DNA from: a virus
Lineage: Duplodnaviria > Caudoviricetes
Length of the DNA: 62,938 bases
Reading direction: 5' to 3' (one strand)
Virus record (IMG/VR): IMGVR_UViG_3300050130_000093
Span: 1-62,938 of that record
Shown here piece by piece: positions 55,843 to 62,938 of this stretch; the stretch's first letter is position 1; the number at the start of each line of letters is the position of its first letter. The notes under the pieces are model-generated. The model had not been told where the DNA came from and ran no database searches. It saw only the letters and a list, made by a program, of their open reading frames with translations. A program made the position numbers and the translations under genes.

Positions 55843-55963
55843 AGCATCCTCCGCGCCGCCCGCTTTGTCAAGGGTCCGGAACGCGTCTTAACAATCCAGT
55901 GGCGCAGTCATTCATTAGAACGCGTTCGTCGCCCTTGACAAAACATCAGCCGCAGGGGATACT
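55843..55963. promoter_or_regulatory. divergent sigma70-type promoters within an imperfect inverted repeat
   Basis: TTGACA-N17-GATGCT on the minus strand and TTGACA-N17-GATACT on the plus strand. Confidence 0.7.
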
Positions 55964-56002
55964 CGCGCATATGAAGTTCAAACCCAATCCAAGGACACGC
56001 CG

Positions 56003-56179
56003 ATGACATCTCACGATCGACACCTAGAGCCCGACGACGTCTGCGAGCGCTGCGGCGCGCCGTTTCGTTTCGCACGCTGCCCGTACTGCGCCGACGAGCG
56101 AGCTGAGCGAGACGCCGACACGAAGCTGTCCGACCCGGACTTTGACCGCGTGACGCTGCGCTACCGGGACGAGCTGTGA
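56003..56179 (+). CDS. small zinc-ribbon protein
   Basis: AAGGA RBS; CERCG..CPYC. Confidence 0.55.
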   Translation: MTSHDRHLEPDDVCERCGAPFRFARCPYCADERAERDADTKLSDPDFDRVTLRYRDEL

Positions 56180-56239
56180 ATCTCCACGCCTGAGCCGTTC
56201 CGCACCGTTCTCACGGCGTCGCGCACGGACCGAAGGGCA

Positions 56240-56655
56240 GCGTTCAGCCTAGACGTCTGAAAGGTCGGACGGCGGTCCTGACGCACCCCGAAACGCTAAC
56301 GGCCTCCGGTCAGGCTGGAGTCCGACAACCACCCTGCCGCGCGTGTTGGCCGATGATGAGTCGACCGTGAGTGTCACCCGCCGTCCGAATCTAGATTCTA
56401 GACGCCAAAACCTGGGTGGATGGTACGGACGTCGCGAGAATTCGCCAACCGGCCCGGCAATTTCGGCCGCGCGACGATTCCCGGCCAACATCGCCAGAGC
56501 TCATCCCAGGATTCCCTTGGGGTGGTCCCCCTCAAGGACGGGCGTCACCGGCCGCTGGGTGAACGAAAAGCTGGGTGGACCGAATGGCTTTCTCGGCATT
56601 GCCAAAACCGGCCCAGCGCTAGCGCGTGTTTAGCGCTTAGCGCTCAGCGCTGACC
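56240..56655. ncRNA. candidate structured non-coding RNA or cis-acting element
   Basis: Long intergenic region with several complementary segments; strand and family unknown. Confidence 0.35.
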
Positions 56656-56761
56656 AAATCAGGAGATCCCCCCCTCCTTTCCCCTCACGCCCACAGTCGA
56701 TCCCACAGACGCTCAGTCGCCCGCCACACAATCACGAACACCGCCGCCTCGGCCAGTTTGG

Positions 56762-58027
56762 TCAGACAACCGCGCATCGCTTCGCCGCCTTTCTCGCCGC
56801 CTCCATCATCTCCGCCGGACTGCGCCCGACGAACTCGCCCCAACCATCATCCGGCAGACCGCAGAACACGGCCAAGCGGTCCGCCTGCTCCGCGTCCAAC
56901 ATCGAGAACTCCTCGGTCACGTCAACACGCCCGGGACGCAGTAGAGCCGTGTCGAGCGCGTCACGGTCGTTCGTGGTGAGCACCGTCACCAGGCCGTGCG
57001 GCGTCCAGACGCCATCGAGCGCGTTCAGCATCGCCGCAAGCGACGCCTTCGGTGAGTCATCGTCGCGGTCCACCGCGGCGTGGTACACGTCGGCGTCCTC
57101 GATCAACAGGATGCTGCGCGAACGGATCTGCCCCACGAGATTCATCAGGTCGGCGTCGCGCTCGAGATCGCCGAGCGGCAGGTAGTGCACCGGCAGGTCG
57201 AAGTGGTTCGCGAGCGCCCGGGCGACACTCGTCTTGCCGGTGCCTGGCGGTCCGTGGAACAGGTAGCCGCGATGCCACGGCTGCGACAACCTGGCGTAGT
57301 CAGCCTCGGACGCGATGAAGCCACCAAGGTCGTCAACGAGCCGCTCAAGCTGCCCAGCCCTCAGCACGACACTGGCGAGCGCGCGCGGCGGCAGATCATC
57401 CCGGCGCGACCAGTCACCACCCCACCGTGACGGCATCAGCAACGACGGCTGCTTCTTGGTCGCGTAGACCTGAACAGCCAGCTGTTCCAGCATCGAAACC
57501 ACGGCGTCACGGCCAGCCGGCGTCTTGGCCGTGAACTTGATCGACTCCATGAGGCGCCGCCAGTTCGGCGGTAGGTGCTCGCGGCCGCCCGGTAAGTCCT
57601 CGCGCTCAACCTGGACGTCGATCTTGTGGCCGTCGAGCGAAACCGTCTGCGTGCGACTGCCGTCGTAGCGCAAACGCACTCGTCTCGCCGGCTCCTCCGG
57701 CTCATCCACATCCCCGACCGCCAGCAGCCGGCCGAACCCGCTGTTCTCGGATGTCGTGTCGGCGATCATCGCCTTGCGTGTCTCGGCCGGGATCCGCTCA
57801 AGCACCCACTCGTGCAGTGCCGGGTAGAGCTCATCGCTGCCAGCGACGGCGATCGTGAAGTCCTCCTTCTGACGCTTTTCCGCGAGCCACTTCCACGCCG
57901 GTGCCCCGAGCTGCACCGCCGCCACAACCGCGAGCGCTCGCTGGCCGTGCTTACCACCGTAGCGCTCAACGATTGGCCACAGCGACCCAGGCGCAGCCGC
58001 CGCCTTCAACTCACCGGCCGTGTTCAC
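56762..58027 (-). CDS. AAA+ ATPase, BCS1-like
   Basis: WHRGYLFHGPPGTGKTS, LLIEDAD, LNALDGV, TTN, LLRPGRVD. Confidence 0.9.
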   Translation of the reverse strand: MNTAGELKAAAAPGSLWPIVERYGGKHGQRALAVVAAVQLGAPAWKWLAEKRQKEDFTIAVAGSDELYPALHEWVLERIPAETRKAMIADTTSENSGFGRLLAVGDVDEPEEPARRVRLRYDGSRTQTVSLDGHKIDVQVEREDLPGGREHLPPNWRRLMESIKFTAKTPAGRDAVVSMLEQLAVQVYATKKQPSLLMPSRWGGDWSRRDDLPPRALASVVLRAGQLERLVDDLGGFIASEADYARLSQPWHRGYLFHGPPGTGKTSVARALANHFDLPVHYLPLGDLERDADLMNLVGQIRSRSILLIEDADVYHAAVDRDDDSPKASLAAMLNALDGVWTPHGLVTVLTTNDRDALDTALLRPGRVDVTEEFSMLDAEQADRLAVFCGLPDDGWGEFVGRSPAEMMEAARKAAKRCAVV

Positions 58028-58785
58028 GACTTCTCCTTCAACTCGTTGCCGTCACTGCGCCGCTGACCAAGCCTGTCCCGAGCATTCTCGATCGTCCGCG
58101 GCGAACCCAAGCTCGGATCCAACGTGCTCACCACATGGCTCGCGACGCCCCGCCATCTCGCCAACCGCTGGTCACGCGCCTCCAACGTCTGCTGCTGACG
58201 CTCACTCGAAGCGGGCCGTCTCTCAGCCGTATCAACCTCATCCTCAAGCCGTTCAAGGAACTGGCCAATCACATACCGGTAGCGAGCGGCCAACGAAAGC
58301 TCCTTCGCGTCGACGGCGTCGTGACGGACGTTCAACGCCTTCGGTGGCGGGCTACTCGACGGCTTCGACCGTGTCGCGACAGCCACCGCACCAGCAGGCA
58401 CCGTCGTCAACAGCTCCGCCCGATTCAACGCCTCGTCGAGCCGCTGGCCCAACGTCATCCGCAACCGTCTCGCACGCTCCGTCGCCGCCGCCTGCTCGAG
58501 CACTTCGTCGTGACGCTCACGATTCTCGGTCGCAAGATCATCCAACTCACGGCGTTGGTCGCGCTCGAGGATCCCGGCGCTCAACCGTCGGTAGCGACGC
58601 TCCAAACGTTGCAACTCAAGTCGCGGATCGTCGGCACCAGCCAACTGCTTCTTGATGTCCGAGCGTGCCCGGTTGAGCCCGACCGCGACGGCCGTGATTC
58701 TCGCCTCGCGCTCCCAGAACAGCGAATCGTCGCCGGATGGGTCGCCGAACGCTGCGGCGAGTCGCTTCTCGATATCGTCAGCCAC
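58024..58785 (-). CDS. hypothetical coiled-coil protein (start uncertain)
   Basis: Long ORF coupled to the ATPase gene. Confidence 0.55.
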   Translation of the reverse strand: MADDIEKRLAAAFGDPSGDDSLFWEREARITAVAVGLNRARSDIKKQLAGADDPRLELQRLERRYRRLSAGILERDQRRELDDLATENRERHDEVLEQAAATERARRLRMTLGQRLDEALNRAELLTTVPAGAVAVATRSKPSSSPPPKALNVRHDAVDAKELSLAARYRYVIGQFLERLEDEVDTAERRPASSERQQQTLEARDQRLARWRGVASHVVSTLDPSLGSPRTIENARDRLGQRRSDGNELKEKS

Positions 58786-59010
58786 ACGGCTGAGTCTAGA
58801 AGCGGGTCGAAGCCCGCAGGGCCAGACCCGTGCAAACGTCTCGCCCTTCCACCAGCCGATGAATCTGCAACTCGTGGGCGCCAAGCCTATCGGCCTGCCG
58901 ACGTCTGGCAGCCGTGCGAACTTCGGTCAGGCCGAAACGCTCGCAGGCCATGATCGACCGTCCGTAGGCGACAGCGACCCGTGCCAACACCGCATCAAGC
59001 TCCCGGTCGG

Positions 59011-60172
59011 TCATGTCTCGTCGAGCACCTCCCGTACGGTGATCCACGACCCAGCCGACTCACCGCACTCAGGACAGAACGTCGCGGTCCACGGCTGCTC
59101 CCAGCCCTCTTGGTAGTTCTCCTGCACGTTGGGACGGTTGCCGACGTAGCCGCAGTCGTAGCAGGACACGACCTCAAAAACTCGTGGTTCGCGCGGTTGC
59201 GCCTGCTCAGTCATCTGCCAGGAACACCCGGAAGCGGCTGGACGTTCGCTTTGCCCCATCATCAGGCGTCGCTCGCGTCCTCCCAATTGCGCTGCCTGTG
59301 AAGGTCGCACAGGCCGTTGGCGCCCTTTTTGTGCGAGCGCGGGCGTTCGCACCAACACGACGCGCCACGGTCCCGATTCGGACGCTGGGCGTTCGACCGC
59401 TGGTTGTAGGCGCGCGTAGCGTCGGGATGATCGCGCTTGTACTGGGCGCCGGTGCCGCTCATAGCGCCTCCAACCATGCGCGCGCCTCGGCTTCGTTCTC
59501 GCGGGACACCCACGCGGCCAGCGTGATCGGGTCTTGTGGGTGATTCCACGCGCGGTTCGGCGACACCATCCACGGCTCAATGCCGGGCCTAGGGACGTGC
59601 GTGTCGTTGATCGTCCAGGTGCGCTCCTCTGAGAGCATCCCGTCGAAGTTGAGCACCACCCGCAGCAGCGGTCGTCTTATAGGTCCAGCGCTATGCCCCA
59701 CGTCAGTCATGGTCATCGCTCCATCCCATGACGTTCAGGAGCTTGCGATCAACGCGGGACTCGTCGCCGTTGTCGAGGGTCACGATCCACCAACCGGAGA
59801 ACGGCGGGTACTCGCTCGTCACGACGCCAGCCTGTCCGGCATTCGGATGATCGCCGTAGATCAGCACGCGCAGACCGATCAAATCGGCGTCTCCGTCTCT
59901 CACGCTAAGCCCCATCAGCAGTCCTCCCAGGCGGTCACGGTGCGACGCTGGACGCGGACTCGCGCATTAGGATCGTGCGAGAGGTCTGGGAGCACGCGAG
60001 CGTTTCCTTCTGGGGTCGGGTAGCCGATCAGGCGCGAGCCGCCCGTGAACTCCACGAGACGACGGAACTCGATGCCACCGTCCTGCCAAATCTCGCGCTC
60101 CCAAGCGATGCGCTCAGCCTCGCGCAGCGGCTCAAGTGCTCTGTCGTTACGCCCCATGTTCGGCTGTCTCAT
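59011..60172 (-). other. run of small overlapping hypothetical genes (59011-, 59262-, 59459-59716, 59703-59915, 59915-60172)
   Basis: Coupled short ORFs, one with CYDC/CPEC Zn ribbon. Confidence 0.5.
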
Positions 60173-60570
60173 GCGGCTTTCCTTTCAGTGTCGAGCTGTT
60201 CGTCGGTTGGTGATGGGCCGAGCTTTGCGGCCCGGACAGGACCCCTCAACTCATTCGCACGTTCCCGCGCCTCACGACGCCTATCGAACCGCTCGACGAC
60301 CGTACCGGACCAGCGCACCACAACCCAGTCGCCATCGACACGCGCCACCGTGAACGGCAACCTCGGTCGAAGACGCCGCCTGAGCCGTTCCGCAGCGTTC
60401 TGCGAGCCTCGCAGCGCACCTGGATGGTTGAGTAGCCACTGACGTTTCCGACAAGCCTGGTCGCAGTACAGACGGCTCGCAGCGGCATCGGCGGGTAGCG
60501 GCTTGCGACAGCGAACGTAGCCGCAGGTCCGCGTGGTGGTTCCGCGATGCAGCAGATCAAGCAGTCCCAT
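60169..60570 (-). CDS. Zn-finger hypothetical protein containing the array-matching sequence
   Basis: C...C..L......YC...CR; ATGA coupling to the next gene. Confidence 0.65.
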   Translation of the reverse strand: MGLLDLLHRGTTTRTCGYVRCRKPLPADAAASRLYCDQACRKRQWLLNHPGALRGSQNAAERLRRRLRPRLPFTVARVDGDWVVVRWSGTVVERFDRRREARERANELRGPVRAAKLGPSPTDEQLDTERKAA

Positions 60571-60767
60571 GGCACCGCGCACACTACACCAGCCGAACGA
60601 CAGCAACGAAGGAAGAAACGGTCGGTTGGGGGTGGTTAGGGTGTGGTTCGCGCGCGCGTGCGATGTCGCAAACGTGGGTGTGGCTGGACGGGGCTCGCGC
60701 CCGTGGGCTGGCTTTCGACATGTGCTCTCACAGCCGACTGAACGGCGGAGCATCGATGGCCCCGTCG

Positions 60768-61109
60768 CTATGTCGTGGTGCGCCGCGCTTTCCCGGTTAG
60801 GGCTTTGCGGGTGCTGCGGTTCCACGGCCGCACACACATCGGCGTGCCGGTCGCGGCAAGTTGTCGTGCTTGCGCTAGGTCGGAGCGGGCTTTCTCGCGC
60901 TCGGCGCGCAGTGTGACGCGAACGAGCGATGCGATGCCGCTGGCGTTAGCGCATCCGGGTCCGTAGCCGTTCTTGCGAGCCCTGGCTGACTTGAGATGCC
61001 CGTCGCAGCGGACGCAACGGTGGAACTCCCACTCGTCGGCGGCCCACCAGATGACATAGTTGCCAACCCACTTGGGTGCGGAGTTGCGGTCCGACACCGC
61101 TCTATGCAA
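60768..61109 (-). CDS. Zn-finger protein
   Basis: CVRC...L.......GYGPGCA. Confidence 0.55.
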   Translation of the reverse strand: MHRAVSDRNSAPKWVGNYVIWWAADEWEFHRCVRCDGHLKSARARKNGYGPGCANASGIASLVRVTLRAEREKARSDLAQARQLAATGTPMCVRPWNRSTRKALTGKARRTTT

Positions 61110-61198
61110 TCATCGAGTTGGGATTAAGCACCCGCCCAGCATACACGCTGGCCGACCGACCCGTCATTTGCCGAAAGGCTCGGCGGGTCGTTTCGGTT

Positions 61199-61720
61199 CT
61201 ACAGGTCCAGCGACTGCTGCGGAGTCTTCGGGGTCGGCTTCGCCTCGTCGGCGTCGAGCACGGCCTGAACGTGCGACGGAACGCGCGATAGGAAGTCCTC
61301 GAACCGTCCCGCGGTCGAGAAGATGCGCTCCCACTCGTCGAAATGCTTGACCCGGCCGTTGCGCTGCGTCACCGAGTAGTGGTCGAACGCGCAACCGGCG
61401 ATCGCTCCCTTACACCGCAGCTGCCCGTACTTCTTCAGGTACGGCAGCACGTCCCAGAACCTCGACGCCGTCCACTCCGCGCGCGGGTGGTTCGTCACGT
61501 CCTTCCAGTACAGGAATAGTTCGATCGCGACCGGCCACAGTTTGTGCTCCTGGGCTTCGCGTTCCTTGTCGCGCGCGAGCTCGGCGTACCTGAGCCGCCA
61601 TGTCCTGACGTCCCGGTGTGCGCCGGCCAGTTCGTCTTGAAGGTTGCGGATCGTTGCGGCGGCGTCGAGGATCTCTTCGCCGTTGCTGGTGACTACGCGT
61701 AGTAGCGGCGACTCGCTCAC
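61199..61720 (-). CDS. putative replication-initiator-related protein
   Basis: LF.YW....AI.GC..D.Y....F..WERIF...RFE.F, as in phage replisome organiser C-termini. Confidence 0.45.
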   Translation of the reverse strand: MSESPLLRVVTSNGEEILDAAATIRNLQDELAGAHRDVRTWRLRYAELARDKEREAQEHKLWPVAIELFLYWKDVTNHPRAEWTASRFWDVLPYLKKYGQLRCKGAIAGCAFDHYSVTQRNGRVKHFDEWERIFSTAGRFEDFLSRVPSHVQAVLDADEAKPTPKTPQQSLDL

Positions 61721-62218
61721 GCGACAGGCTGCCGTGACGCCAGATACCGATCACGCATCGAGTTGTGCTCCAGATCCCGACAGCCACACTCGACGATCTG
61801 CCGCTCCCCAACCCAGTCCGTTCGTGTCGCGAGCGCCGTGATCTCCACATCGAACACACGCTTTGAGACCGGCCGCTCGACCGTCACGAACACGAACCCC
61901 GCGTCGCCGCAAGCACGGCACCGGACGCGATCGTTGGTTGTCTGCGCGACGGGCTTTCCCATGATTCCCCTTCGTTTCGCGTGACGTGCAGGACAGGCGT
62001 CGGACCCTAGCACCAACCGGGCGGAGCCGCTATCCTTCCGTCCCGCGTCGGTTTCGGCCTCCCATGGCCTTCCCGCCGGCGCAGCACAGTGGCCCCTCGA
62101 GCGGGGCCACTGTCATGTCCGTAGACAACAACGCCGCCACGGCGGACCGCAACGGCGTTGTCGGGGAGGAGAGGAACAGGCCGAAGCCTGCGCTCGCAGC
62201 ATAGACGGCGATCCGGCG

Positions 62219-62578
62219 CTAGTCGGTGACGATCCGCGGCGGCGCGATCATCCTCGCCTTGTGGCGTCTTTCGCACGACACGACCTGGCTCGTCTGACGG
62301 TCGATCTCGTCGACGAACGCGATCTCGTCGATCCGCAGAACTAGCTCGACCCGGACGACCTCGCCCTTCTCGAACTGGCCGGCAACATCGACCCGTCCTC
62401 CGACGATTCGCAGCGACGCGCCGGTCGGCTTCTTCGCCGAGCTGCCCAGCGCGAAGCTGAGCTGACCGTTGCCCTGCATCACGAACTCCTGAACCTCCGG
62501 CGTCTCGTCTTCGGGAACCTCCGGATGTACTGCGCCGTTCTGCGTCTCGCTCTCCGGCGGCGCCAGCGCGGTCGCCAT
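62219..62578 (-). CDS. hypothetical protein
   Basis: AAAGGAG RBS. Confidence 0.65.
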   Translation of the reverse strand: MATALAPPESETQNGAVHPEVPEDETPEVQEFVMQGNGQLSFALGSSAKKPTGASLRIVGGRVDVAGQFEKGEVVRVELVLRIDEIAFVDEIDRQTSQVVSCERRHKARMIAPPRIVTD

Positions 62579-62938
62579 GACGCTCCTTTCGGTCGGTTTG
62601 ATCGAAGCGTACCGCTGCCCCGAAAAGAAATCTTGCGAACGTCCGCTCGACGCGCTATGTTGCCCGAGTCAGTCGAGTGGCTGGCATTCATGAAAGGGAA
62701 AGGCATGGGAAACATCGGCGATGACTACTCGGTGTCTGTAGGCGAAGCGATAGGGCGACTCGCGGTCGTTGAGGATTACGATCCCGGCGACGGTCCGAAG
62801 CCCTGTGTCCACGCGATCGTGGAGACGGCGTTCGGGATGTTGGGCGCGCATTGGAGCGTCGAGAAGGCGCGGCAACTCATGGAGGAGTGCGGTGTTGCGA
62901 CCTCCGGACCGAGTGCGTCGGCGATGGGGCACGGCCTC

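Noticed and set aside
1-62938. Integrase, tRNA genes, reverse transcriptase/DGR, host flanking genes
   Set aside because: None recognised, so lifestyle and genome completeness cannot be determined from this window.

Overview
High-GC tailed-phage (siphovirus-type) DNA, probably most of a genome. An actinobacterial host is inferred from the Rpf domain, the endolysin type and codon style. Layout: rightward recombination/modification genes (1-6.2 kb), then a long leftward late region running terS-terL-portal-MuF-protease/scaffold-capsid, a glycosyltransferase cluster, head-tail and tail genes, tape measure, lysis genes and secreted muralytic enzymes (54.3 kb to 6.3 kb), then small early genes (54.5-62.9 kb). 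Four free-standing HNH endonucleases are present. I saw no integrase, tRNA or canonical CRISPR array. The main finding is an opposite-strand island between terL and terS. It encodes an RHH regulator, an unknown protein and a stand-alone Cas7/RAMP-like protein (51991-52713). Immediately upstream of the Cas7-like gene is a ~250-nt non-coding array with strict 5-nt periodicity: variable NN plus a C-rich triplet, in units delimited by ACGAC. One unit matches another phage gene at 36/40 nt. This is a candidate non-CRISPR RNA-guided system. Other notable items are a secreted Rpf with an apparent ATA start, a five-glycosyltransferase plus methyltransferase module, a scrambled tail locus and a structured intergenic RNA candidate. 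All product calls come from motif recognition by eye; no database searches were run.
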